Origin: a bacterium BMS3Abin02
GTDB taxonomy: Bacteria > Actinomycetota > Acidimicrobiia > Spongiisociales > UBA4744
Length of the DNA stretch: 64,000 bases
NCBI GenBank assembly: GCA_002897675.1
Contig: BDSU01000003.1
Location: forward strand, 19,449 to 83,448
Direction: 5' to 3'
The translations under genes were made by a program, and so were the position numbers. The notes beneath the pieces are model-generated. The model saw only the letters and a program-made list of their open reading frames with translations, was not told where the DNA came from and ran no database searches. Positions 1 through 8,947 of this stretch are shown here, one piece after another. Positions within the stretch are counted from its first letter, which is position 1; each line of letters starts with the position of its first letter.

Positions 1-101
1 TGCACGACACCGTCCACGTCTACTACGGGGCAGCCGATCATGTCATCGACCTGGCCACCTGCAGTCTCGAAGAGCTCCTCGACTACGCCCGGTTCGGGTG
101 A
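1..101 (+). CDS. 3' end of a CDS that begins upstream of the window (…[32 protein letters not shown]); product not assignable from about 33 aa
   Basis: Frame 3 stays open from the window edge to TGA at 99-101. The tabulated 40..282 ORF overlaps it in another frame. Confidence 0.3.
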   Translation, partial: HDTVHVYYGAADHVIDLATCSLEELLDYARFG

Positions 102-303
102 CCGGGACTCTCCGCCTTTCGGTGTGAGTGTCGTCGATCACGGACGGTGCCGGAATCTGTCAAGACGCGAACGGGAACGATGCCGGCGGGTTCTCGATTC
201 GTTGATGTGGCGCCGGCTCGTCGGCGTCACGACAGAGGATGTCGCCGGCCTGACGGAACGTCGTTTCGACGAGGGCCGGTGAGGAATGCCGGTGTACCGC
301 GTC

Positions 304-1839
304 TCATCCGTATGCGGGTACGGTCAACTCGAAGATGGTGCGTCCGCCGGCATGGCGGTAGGTCAAGTCGCCGCCCATTCTGCGGGCAAGGTCTCTCGAC
401 AGCGGCAAACCGATGCCGATCGGTCCGGGTTTGCCTTGTTGGGGTTGTGCGACGTGGAACCGTTCGAAGATCCTCTCTTGGTCATCCTCAGGCAGTGGCG
501 GTCCGTTGTCACTGACCGCAATCGTGATCGTCTCATCGTGTCGGCCGATCTCGATGCGTAGGTCTGCTCCGCCGTAGCGCTGGGCATTCGTAACGAGGTT
601 TCGCAGGATCTGGCGCACTCTGCCGGGGTCGGTGTTTCCCACGACGTTGCCCTTGACCTCGACAGGCGCCGTGACACGAAGGGACTCGAGGACGTGGCGG
701 ACCTGGTCCTCCAGGTTGACCGGCACCTGGATGACTTCGAGTTCTCCCAGCTCCGCTTGCGCCCCCACCAGGAGGTCCTCCACCAAGTTCGCCATGTCCG
801 ATGCCTCAGAAGCGATATCCTTCATCATGGCGTCCCGCTCCTCAGACGACAGCCCGGTGTCCTCTTTGAGGAGTTCTGCAAACCCGAGTATTGCGGTCAG
901 GGGCGTGCGCACTTCATGGGATACCGACGCCAGCAGCTGTAGTCGTGACTCTGCCATCTCCTCGAGCCGGCGGAGGTTCTCCAGCCGTTCGGTCACATCT
1001 CGGACGATGGCCATCAGTGCCTGCTGGCCATCGAAGCTTACGTTCGCGATCGAGATCTCGATGCGGAACTCCTCACCATTCGCTCGAACCCCGTGGAGCA
1101 GAGGCCTTTTCTCCATCCTTCGCTGGTGCTCCTCAGACACGGCGAAGTCGCGGACGAGCTTGGGATGCTTGTGTCGGAACCGTTCCGGGATGAACCTGTC
1201 GAGCGTTCCGCCAAGCACGTCACTCCTGGACTCCAGGCCGAACATCTCGACGAACCGATCGTTGACCATCACGATGTTTCCGTCGGTGTCGACCACGACG
1301 ATGCCGTTCGGGGCCAAACTGAACAGGGCATCCCATCTGACGGCCTCTGATCGGATCAGGCTTCCCGTTTCCCGGTAGAGCAGACCTCCGATGCCGCTGC
1401 CGATCAGGAGGATGCCGATGGCAAGCACAGTCAGTGCCGGAGACGCCCGCAACCTCAGGATGAACACGACGGCTGTGATCAGGATCGCGGCACCGAACCA
1501 GAGGCTCAGCCAACGTCCTCCGAGATACGCCGTCGCGGCGGCAAAGACCGTGTACGTGAGGAGGGCGCTCACCAGGATCACCGGTTCGTTGACCAGCGCA
1601 GCTCCGATCAAGAGAAGACCGGCCAGACCGAGCAGGACGTCGAGCCGAGGGTGGCCATACCTCAGCTGCCATAGAGCGAGAGCGGCGAAGAAGAACAGGA
1701 TCAGTGACGAGACGGCGAGACTGACATCCGAACGAACGCCGGCAGCGACTCCATACGCGGCGCCCAACACTGCAGCGACGTAGGCTCCAGCGTGCACGTA
1801 TCGTCGGTGCAAGTCCTCCACTGTCGGCCAGACATTCAC
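304..1839 (-). CDS. membrane-anchored PAS-domain sensor histidine kinase
   Basis: N-terminal multi-TM region, a PAS-like segment (PNGIVVVDTDGNIVMVNDRFVEMFG), an H-box (SHEVRTPLTAILGFAELL) and a C-terminal HATPase_c-like region (GGDLTYRHAGGRTIFELTVP). Confidence 0.8.
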   Translation of the reverse strand: MNVWPTVEDLHRRYVHAGAYVAAVLGAAYGVAAGVRSDVSLAVSSLILFFFAALALWQLRYGHPRLDVLLGLAGLLLIGAALVNEPVILVSALLTYTVFAAATAYLGGRWLSLWFGAAILITAVVFILRLRASPALTVLAIGILLIGSGIGGLLYRETGSLIRSEAVRWDALFSLAPNGIVVVDTDGNIVMVNDRFVEMFGLESRSDVLGGTLDRFIPERFRHKHPKLVRDFAVSEEHQRRMEKRPLLHGVRANGEEFRIEISIANVSFDGQQALMAIVRDVTERLENLRRLEEMAESRLQLLASVSHEVRTPLTAILGFAELLKEDTGLSSEERDAMMKDIASEASDMANLVEDLLVGAQAELGELEVIQVPVNLEDQVRHVLESLRVTAPVEVKGNVVGNTDPGRVRQILRNLVTNAQRYGGADLRIEIGRHDETITIAVSDNGPPLPEDDQERIFERFHVAQPQQGKPGPIGIGLPLSRDLARRMGGDLTYRHAGGRTIFELTVPAYG

Positions 1840-2018
1840 CGTGACGCACTATACCGACGCTGTCACGGAATTGCCTGCAAGACACCCAAACCTGGGGCCG
1901 CGCGAAGGCTCATCACACACGGTGGCATAGGACATCCACGGCCGGCAGGAGACGCCCGAGGGAGAAGTCGTGGCCCTGGGTGACTCTCAGGGTCGATGAC
2001 GAGGTCCACCACTCCTGA

Positions 2019-3371
2019 TCATCCGAGGTCTCGACTCGTCGGCTCGGTGATGAAGCCCTTCTCACGCCAGGCGATCATCCCTCCAGAGACGTTTCGCACA
2101 TTTCGGTAACCGAGAGTGGTCAGGAAGAGAAGGCCGAGAAGCGAGGCATTGCCCTTCTGGCAGACGCTGAGCACCGGGGTTTCGAGATCTTCGGGGAGGT
2201 CGCCAACGTGCTCGCCCAGCTTGCGGAGAGGCATGTTGACGGCACCTGGGATGTGCTCCAAAGAGAACTCCGAGTCGTTGCGCACGTCCATCACGAACGG
2301 CCTGTGTTGCCGCCACAACTCATGAGCCGATTCGACGTCGATGGTCAAGGCCATGTTGGTCCTGACATTCTCGGCCATCTGGTCGAGTAGCCGCTCTTTG
2401 CGGCTTGGTGAGGTCGCCTGCACCGACCCCAGTCCGGCCAGATGCTTGACGACCGATGATGCGTACTTGAAAGCGCTATCGGGGAAGATCACCACAACCA
2501 CGTTGCCCGGCTCGTCATCTATCAGCTTGAACGCGCCCTCCAGGGCCATGGCAGAGCTCGGTCCTGCAGTGATGCTCTCCTCCCGGTTCAGCCGCAAGCA
2601 GAGCTCGAAGGCGTCCTGGGTCTGGACCTCCACCAGACCGTCGTACTGCTCGGGGCGGAAGAAGTGAGTCTGTTGCAGCTGGTCGATGCTGCGCACACCC
2701 GGGATGTCATGACCCTCATCGGGGTGCACGCCGAGCACCTGGACATTGGGGTCTTGCTCCTTCAGGAACCGGCCCGTGCCGGTGATCGTGCCACAGGTGC
2801 CGAGACCCGCGACCAAGTGTGTCACCTTGCCCTGTGTCTGGCGCCAGATCTCCGGTCCGGTCGTCTTGTAGTGCGCCTCGGGGTTGGCCTCGTTCCCATA
2901 CTGGTTCAGCATCTGGAACTCGGATTGCTCGGCGATTCTCATCGCTTGGGCTATGGCGCCTTCGGGTGCCCATGGTGCGGGACACAGGGCATCCTGCAAT
3001 TCCAGCACCTCGGCCCCGAAGAACCGCAGCATCGTCCGTTTCTCCAGTGGGATCTCGCTGGAGAGCGGAGTGGTCAGGGAGTAGCCCTTCGCGTTGGCGA
3101 TCATGACGAGACCGAGGCCGGTATTGCCCGAGGTGGGCTCCACCAGCTTCTGATCTGCTCCGATCACGCCGCGTTCCTCGGCGTCACCGACCATGTTGGA
3201 CGCCACCCGGTCCTTGACGGACCCGAACGGGTTGAACCATTCCAGCTTGGCGTACACCTGCGTGTGCTCGAAAGGGACCACCCGTGTGAGACGCACGAGG
3301 GGTGTGGGGTTGTCGGCGTCGGGAAGGAGTCCGAGGATCGAATCGTAGACACGAAGGGAATGGTCATTCAT
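2019..3371 (-). CDS. cysteine synthase (CysK/CysM PLP-dependent family) fused to a C-terminal single rhodanese domain
   Basis: PLP-enzyme N-terminal motifs (VYAKLEWFNPFGSVKDRVA, GNTGLGLVMIA) are followed by a rhodanese domain with a catalytic-loop Cys (LSVCQKGNAS). The start is taken at the internal ATG (MNDHSLRV…), 1 nt after the TGA of the upstream gene. The 520-aa table ORF carries a spurious N-terminal extension. Confidence 0.75.
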   Translation of the reverse strand: MNDHSLRVYDSILGLLPDADNPTPLVRLTRVVPFEHTQVYAKLEWFNPFGSVKDRVASNMVGDAEERGVIGADQKLVEPTSGNTGLGLVMIANAKGYSLTTPLSSEIPLEKRTMLRFFGAEVLELQDALCPAPWAPEGAIAQAMRIAEQSEFQMLNQYGNEANPEAHYKTTGPEIWRQTQGKVTHLVAGLGTCGTITGTGRFLKEQDPNVQVLGVHPDEGHDIPGVRSIDQLQQTHFFRPEQYDGLVEVQTQDAFELCLRLNREESITAGPSSAMALEGAFKLIDDEPGNVVVVIFPDSAFKYASSVVKHLAGLGSVQATSPSRKERLLDQMAENVRTNMALTIDVESAHELWRQHRPFVMDVRNDSEFSLEHIPGAVNMPLRKLGEHVGDLPEDLETPVLSVCQKGNASLLGLLFLTTLGYRNVRNVSGGMIAWREKGFITEPTSRDLG

Positions 3372-3372
3372 G

Positions 3373-4317
3373 TCACGCTCCTCGTCGGGTTGTCGCGGAC
3401 GGTCGTGACTCCGGCCTGCCCCTCGGCTCCGCCAGAGCAGATGTTGCCCGCTCGGGGTGTGCCCCGGCCGCGTGTGAGGCCGAAAACACGGGCGAACCGG
3501 CTTGTCGAACAGCGCCGACAGGGCGGATCGGAGGCGGAACAGGCGCCCGCGAGACAAGGGTGGCCCGGAGTTCGACGACATATCCCACGACGAGTATCGC
3601 CGGCGTTCGAACAGTGAGCCTGTCGGCTGCTATCTCCCCGAGGCTCGTCACCACAACGACCTGGCCGGGCGTGGTCCCTTTCTGGACGAAGGCGGCCGGT
3701 TCGTCGGGTGACCGACCTGCCGCGATCAGATCACGGGCGATGGCGACCCGGAAGCGCACACCCATGAGGATCACCAGCGTGTCGATCCCGGCGTAGCGGG
3801 ACCACTTGGGCATCGATCCGTTCTCCTTGTGGCCGGTGATGACCGCGAACGATTCGGCGACACCCCGCCGGGTGAGGGGAATGCCGGCCACGCCGGGAAC
3901 CGAGGTCGCCGAGGTGATCCCGGGAACGAGCTCCGCTTCGATGTTGTGACGGCGGAGGTATTCCCACTCCTCGCCTCCGCGCCCGAAGATCAACGGATCT
4001 CCGCCCTTGAGGCGCACAACCGTCTTCCCCAGCGCGACGAATGTGAGCATCATGGCGTTGATGCGATCTTGGCTGTCGGCAGGACTTCCCGGTCGTTTCC
4101 CGACGGCGATGAGGATTGTCGCGGAGTCCGCCATCCTGACGATCTCGTGGCTGACCAGACGGTCGTAGAGCACGACATCGGCCTCCTCGAGGACGCGAAG
4201 CGCCTTGAGAGTGAGAAGTTCGGGGTCGCCGGGGCCGGCCCCCACAAGGAACACCTTGCCAGAGGGAACTGGCACCGGCTGTCCGGCGGCGGCATCATTT
4301 CCGGTCACGAGCCGCAT
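3373..4317 (-). CDS. cobA: uroporphyrinogen-III C-methyltransferase (SUMT, CobA/CysG C-domain type)
   Basis: Tetrapyrrole methylase motifs VFLVGAGPGDPELLTLKA and VVRLKGGDPLIFGRGGEE. The likely start is the internal ATG (MRLVTG…), which overlaps the cysH 3' end by 13 nt. Confidence 0.8.
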   Translation of the reverse strand: MRLVTGNDAAAGQPVPVPSGKVFLVGAGPGDPELLTLKALRVLEEADVVLYDRLVSHEIVRMADSATILIAVGKRPGSPADSQDRINAMMLTFVALGKTVVRLKGGDPLIFGRGGEEWEYLRRHNIEAELVPGITSATSVPGVAGIPLTRRGVAESFAVITGHKENGSMPKWSRYAGIDTLVILMGVRFRVAIARDLIAAGRSPDEPAAFVQKGTTPGQVVVVTSLGEIAADRLTVRTPAILVVGYVVELRATLVSRAPVPPPIRPVGAVRQAGSPVFSASHAAGAHPERATSALAEPRGRPESRPSATTRRGA

Positions 4318-4997
4318 GTCGATGCCTCCCCGTTGGGCGGGTGGATGCCGCACTCGGTCTTCGTGCCGTTCCAGCGACCGGAACGAGCGTTGCTCGGATC
4401 GAGAGGCAGCGACGTGCACGGAGCACAGCCGATGCTCGGATAGCCGGCGGCGTAGAGAGGGTGCAACGGCAGGTCGTTGGCGCGCGAAAACTCGAGGACT
4501 TCTTCCCAGCTCCAGTCGACGATCGGATTCACCTTGATGAGCTGCTTTCCGGTGGGAAGCCGGTACCGGTCGATTCGCGGGGTTGCGGCCCTGGTCGGTG
4601 CCTGGTCGCGTCGCAGTGCGGTGAACCAGATGTCATAGTCTTCCAGGGCCCGGAGGAGCGGATCGACCTTGCGTAACCGGCAGCACAGATTCGGATTGGT
4701 GAGGGGCAGATCGTCCACGAGGCCCTCTCCCAGCCCGTCGCCGGGGGTGATGTTCACCAGGTTGAGGTCCCACTTGCCGACGAGCTGGTCGCGGAATGCG
4801 TACGTCTCCGGGAAGTGAAGGCCGGTGTCCACGAACAGCACCGGGATGTCAGGCTGGAAGCGTCGAATGATGCTGAGCAACACGATGCCGCCGGCTTGGA
4901 AGCTGCAGGTGATGCCGACGTTGCCCGGATACTCCAGGGCTGCAGCGACCAGTGTCTCGGCTTTGAGCTCCTTGCGCGTGCGGGTGGCGGCGGTCAC
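4305..4997 (-). CDS. cysH: phosphoadenosine-phosphosulfate / adenylyl-sulfate reductase (thioredoxin-dependent, CysH family)
   Basis: PAPS-reductase fold with C-terminal Cys pairs (NPNLCC…, SIGCAPCT). The proposed GTG start at 4997 overlaps the TGA of the upstream gene (GTGA). Confidence 0.8.
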   Translation of the reverse strand: MTAATRTRKELKAETLVAAALEYPGNVGITCSFQAGGIVLLSIIRRFQPDIPVLFVDTGLHFPETYAFRDQLVGKWDLNLVNITPGDGLGEGLVDDLPLTNPNLCCRLRKVDPLLRALEDYDIWFTALRRDQAPTRAATPRIDRYRLPTGKQLIKVNPIVDWSWEEVLEFSRANDLPLHPLYAAGYPSIGCAPCTSLPLDPSNARSGRWNGTKTECGIHPPNGEASTCGS

Positions 4998-5677
4998 AGC
5001 TCCTCCTCGGTGTCGATCGATTCGAGAGCGGTTCGATGGGCGGCTCCCGTATCGCCACGCCGCACATGTTCGAAGGTCTCGCCATCGATCAGCCGCTGCC
5101 AAGCCCTTCGTCGCTCCGTGGGGTCGGTGAAACGGTCGGCCACTTGCGGCCTGAGCTCGCCGAGGAGGTCGAGGTAGGCGCCGTACTCGGGTCCGATGCC
5201 CTGAGCGATCCGGTCCCGAAGCCAGACGGAGAACGCCGGAGCCCGGCCGCCGGAGGAGACCGCGACGACAAGATCGCCCTGCCGATGTACCGCCGGGAGG
5301 ATGAAGTTGCAGTGAGGCGGGTCATCGGGGGCGTTGAGCAGGATCGAGTGCTCTTGGGCTTCCTGCCAGACCTTTTCGTTGACATCCCGTTGTTCGGTTG
5401 CAGCGATGGCGAGGAAGCGGCCGGCGAGGTCACCTTTCTGATAGGGCCTCGGGTTCCAGTCGATCCGTCCCTCCTCGAACCATGCGAGCAGGCGTTCGGT
5501 CAGCTCGGGGCTGACCACGGTGACGTCGCCGCCGGCGGCGACCAGACCCTCGACCTTGCCCTCGGCCACGTTTCCCCCTCCAACGACCACGCAGGATCGA
5601 CCTTCCAGACGGAGCAGCAGCGGGTAGTGCGCCGGGGAACGCTCGGTGGGTTGTGTGCGTGTGTGGGGGACGGTCAT
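4994..5677 (-). CDS. precorrin-2 dehydrogenase / sirohydrochlorin ferrochelatase (siroheme synthase N-domain homologue, SirC/Met8-like)
   Basis: Rossmann motif CVVVGGGNVAEGKVEGLVAAGGDVTVVSPE. It lies between the sulfite reductase and cysH. Confidence 0.7.
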   Translation of the reverse strand: MTVPHTRTQPTERSPAHYPLLLRLEGRSCVVVGGGNVAEGKVEGLVAAGGDVTVVSPELTERLLAWFEEGRIDWNPRPYQKGDLAGRFLAIAATEQRDVNEKVWQEAQEHSILLNAPDDPPHCNFILPAVHRQGDLVVAVSSGGRAPAFSVWLRDRIAQGIGPEYGAYLDLLGELRPQVADRFTDPTERRRAWQRLIDGETFEHVRRGDTGAAHRTALESIDTEEEL

Positions 5678-7434
5678 GGGAGGGTCGCTCCGTGGATCGG
5701 GGATGGTTGGTGCTGGCCGAGATCAATCGGGTCGGGTATAGGCATTGGGGGGCGCTCGCCTCGGTCGGCTGCTTCACCACTTCCCACGCCACTGCGGAGA
5801 CAGAAATCACCGAAGGTCTCCCCGTCGAACCGGTCGTCTCGGTAGGCCACGAGGATCGGTGAGAGCAGGTGGATCAGGTCCTCCCTGGCCACGTTCTCGG
5901 CCAAGAGGACGTTGAGGCGCGTCCCGAGGGCGCTGCCACCGACGTGGACGTCGTACCTGCCCTTCCGCCTGCCGACAAAGGCAATCTCCGCGGTGTGGGG
6001 GCGAGCGCACCCGTTTGGGCAGCCGGTCATGCGCACTCGGATGCTTTCTTCGCCGATCCCGAGTGCATCCAGTTCGGCCTGGAGAGCCCGTGTGACCTCT
6101 GGGAGAATGCGTTCGGACTCGGTGACGGCCAAAGGGCAGGTGGGAAGTGCGGGGCATGCCACGGAGTGGAGGACGACCGGGGGTATCCGACCGACCGGAA
6201 GGACGCCGTGGTCCTCCAGCGTTGACACCACATCTGCTCCCTCACGATTCGTGAGGTCGGTGAGAAGGAGGTTCTGGCCGGGGGTGAGCCGGATTCCGGG
6301 CCGGAACCGCTCGGTGACGATACGGAGTCCGGTGCGCAGCAACGCATCGCCGCGATCGGCGATGCGCCCTCCTTCGATCGGCACTCCGATGAACCATCGG
6401 TCGTCGTCCTGACGGTGTGCGCCGAGATGGTCATCGGCGTCGGTCCATGCCAGGGACAGTGGGGCGGCAAGACGTCGGCCGAGCCGCTGTTCGAGAGCAT
6501 CCTTGAAAATGTCCACTCCCCAGTGGTCGATCAGGTATTTCAGCCGAGCTTGTTTGCGGTCCAACCGGTCACCGAAGTCCTTCTGGAGACCGACGATGCC
6601 TTCCAGCACTTCGAAGAGGTCCTCGGGAGCAACAAAGCAGAGCGGATCGGCCAGCCGCGGGAACGTTTCGGGCCTGCCGTGAGTTCGACCCAGACCACCT
6701 CCGACGAGCAGCGTGAACCCTTCCAGATTCCCCGACCGCACATGGGCGACGATGCCCACATCCTGGGAGTAGACGTCGATGCAGTTGTCTTGGGGAAAGG
6801 CCAGGCCGATCTTGAACTTGCGGGGCAGATAGGTCCTCCCGTAGAAGGGCTCCTCGTCGGTAGTGGCAGCGGTGACTGCCCGCTCGCCGTTCATCCAGAT
6901 GTCGTAGTAGGCGCGGGTTCGTGGCCGGAACTGATCGGCAATCTGTTCGGCAAAGGCACCCAGCCCTACGCCTGCCCTATCGGGGAGCGGTGCCGGGCAG
7001 CTCATCACGTTGCGTACGGCGTCGCCGCTGGCGCCGAGGGTGGTGACGAGATGTTGGTTCAAGGTCTGAATCAGGGTGGCGAGATCGGTCTTGCGTGCGT
7101 GGTGGAACTGGATGGCCTGACGAGTCGTGAGACGAAGGGTTCCGTTGCCCACCTGGTCGGCCAGCCGGTCCAACGCCAGGTACTGGTCGGCCGTCAGCAC
7201 GCCTCCCGGGATTGCCGCCCTGACCATGAAGATGACCTCGGGGCTCGCCCCGGCCACCAAGTCGGCGCGGACGTCCCGATTGTCCTCCTCGGTGATCCCG
7301 TGGAACTTCAGCACGACGACATTCTCTTTGCTGAAGGAAGGGTTGCCGTCACTCAGTTCCTCGACGACAGTGCCCCGGAGAAAGCCGCTGCCGGCCTTGA
7401 TCTGTTCGACCAGCGAATGCTCGATAGAGATCAT
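5674..7434 (-). CDS. sir: ferredoxin-dependent sulfite reductase (nitrite/sulfite reductase hemoprotein family)
   Basis: 586 aa with NiR/SiR ferredoxin-like half-domains and the siroheme/4Fe-4S Cys cluster region (…CPNGCARP…, …VACPALPTCPLA…). Its 3' end overlaps the 5' end of the next gene by 4 nt. Confidence 0.85.
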   Translation of the reverse strand: MISIEHSLVEQIKAGSGFLRGTVVEELSDGNPSFSKENVVVLKFHGITEEDNRDVRADLVAGASPEVIFMVRAAIPGGVLTADQYLALDRLADQVGNGTLRLTTRQAIQFHHARKTDLATLIQTLNQHLVTTLGASGDAVRNVMSCPAPLPDRAGVGLGAFAEQIADQFRPRTRAYYDIWMNGERAVTAATTDEEPFYGRTYLPRKFKIGLAFPQDNCIDVYSQDVGIVAHVRSGNLEGFTLLVGGGLGRTHGRPETFPRLADPLCFVAPEDLFEVLEGIVGLQKDFGDRLDRKQARLKYLIDHWGVDIFKDALEQRLGRRLAAPLSLAWTDADDHLGAHRQDDDRWFIGVPIEGGRIADRGDALLRTGLRIVTERFRPGIRLTPGQNLLLTDLTNREGADVVSTLEDHGVLPVGRIPPVVLHSVACPALPTCPLAVTESERILPEVTRALQAELDALGIGEESIRVRMTGCPNGCARPHTAEIAFVGRRKGRYDVHVGGSALGTRLNVLLAENVAREDLIHLLSPILVAYRDDRFDGETFGDFCLRSGVGSGEAADRGERPPMPIPDPIDLGQHQPSPIHGATLP

Positions 7435-7440
7435 GCCCGC

Positions 7441-8322
7441 TCAGCACCCTTCCAGGTCCGACGCGTTCGCCGACTCGCCTCTTCGCTGGCCCCGCTCCAC
7501 CGGCGCGCCGGTGGCCGCGTAGTCCACCCAGGAGCGCTCGTAGTGCATGACCCGTGGGTAACCCAGCAATTCCTTGAGGACGAACCACGTGTGGGCCGAC
7601 CGTGCACCCGACAGCGAGTAGGTGACGACCCGGGCATTTCGGGGGACCGACTCGCGTTCGAAGAGTGATCGCAACTCGTTGGAGGACCGGAAGCTCCGGT
7701 CGGCGTTGGTCGTCCGCGGCCAGGGAATATTCCTGGCTCCGGGAATGTGGCCTCCCGCATAGCCCTGATGCTGCGACGCGTTCGGAGGCGCCAGCTGCTC
7801 TCCCCGATACTCCTGTGGCGATCGGGTGTCGACGAGAACCGTATCGCTATCTGCGGCCAGGACGTGGTCTCGGTTCGCTCTCAGTTCATGTCGATCCGCG
7901 GCTGTCACCCGAAAACCCGTGGGTCGCGGTGAGGGGATCTCCCGGGTCAGTGGGCGCGCCTCCAGTTGCCACTTCTCGCGCCCGCCGTCCAGGAGGTGGA
8001 CATCGTCGAAGCCCCGGTACTTGAGCAGCCAGTAGCCGAACGCTCCCAACCAGTTGCCGGGGCCTCCGTACACGACGACAGTGGACGTGTCGTCGACCCC
8101 CGCCCGGGAGAGCACCCGACTCAGTCCTGCCTGATCAGGGCAAGACGGCGGTTCCGGACGCTGCAGATCGCATAATCCACTCCAGAAGGTTGCGCCCGGA
8201 AGGTGACCCTGCTCGTAGGCGGCCGGTTCGGCGGCCACTTCGAGGATCCTGATTCGCGGGTCCCCGAGGCGACGTTCCAGCCACTCGGTGCTGACGAGGG
8301 CGTCTGGGTTGGCGTAGCTCAT
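7441..8322 (-). CDS. tandem-rhodanese thiosulfate/3-mercaptopyruvate sulfurtransferase-like protein (SseA/CysA-like); the predicted active-site Cys appears replaced by Ser
   Basis: Two rhodanese domains. The C-terminal catalytic loop reads VVTYSLSGARSAHTW, with S at the position where CxxGxR normally has Cys. Confidence 0.75.
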   Translation of the reverse strand: MSYANPDALVSTEWLERRLGDPRIRILEVAAEPAAYEQGHLPGATFWSGLCDLQRPEPPSCPDQAGLSRVLSRAGVDDTSTVVVYGGPGNWLGAFGYWLLKYRGFDDVHLLDGGREKWQLEARPLTREIPSPRPTGFRVTAADRHELRANRDHVLAADSDTVLVDTRSPQEYRGEQLAPPNASQHQGYAGGHIPGARNIPWPRTTNADRSFRSSNELRSLFERESVPRNARVVTYSLSGARSAHTWFVLKELLGYPRVMHYERSWVDYAATGAPVERGQRRGESANASDLEGC

Positions 8323-8947
8323 GTGTGGTCGCTCCTGGTGTCGCAGATCGTCGTTGACGAACGACAGTTATCTGGAAGGGGTGTGACGACGCCGGAAAGA
8401 GCTGACGGGTGGTGGCGTCGTCAGGAGCGTGAGGCGATGGACACGCCAACGCTCGGGTGAACCACCCGAGAGCATTGACACATACACATCGTCCACAACA
8501 TGAGGCCCGCAATCTACCGTATCGAGGGAGTCCACGCAAGCATCCGGTCTGTGCCGTATCCCCAGATCGCGCACATAGGGGGTCAGGGGTTGTCGAAGGA
8601 GGAGTTCGGTGTCTTGGTCGTTGAGCGCCGGGCGCTGCTTGTGACAGATGAGACCGGTGCCACGGTGCCGGCTCCAGGCCACCGACTTGTGGCGATCGAT
8701 ACCTGACGCGATACGGCACAGCGTCGAAAGGCCGAGAAGCCGGTAGGTCAGACGTTGCTTTGGCCCGGCCGTCGAGAAGCGATGAACGCGAGCTGGTCGG
8801 CCTCACGTTGGCAACCGACACGGCACGGCCTGAGCAGATCGATGCAACCCACTACTCGCAGGAGATGGAAACTGCCCCTTCGACACCGAGTCCAGCGACC
8901 GTCCTGGCGTTCGGGTGTGCCGCAAGGTTCCGCAGTGGCCTGCGTCT

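Noticed and set aside
40-282. 80-aa plus ORF at the window start
   Set aside because: It overlaps the better-supported frame-3 C-terminal fragment (…[13 protein letters not shown]…*). It has a Ser/Arg-rich low-complexity translation.
5036-7668. Long plus-strand ORFs (5036-5845, 6415-7668) antisense to the sirC-like and sulfite reductase genes
   Set aside because: Arg/Gly/Pro-rich translations with no domain signatures. This is the classic open antisense frame of a high-GC coding region.
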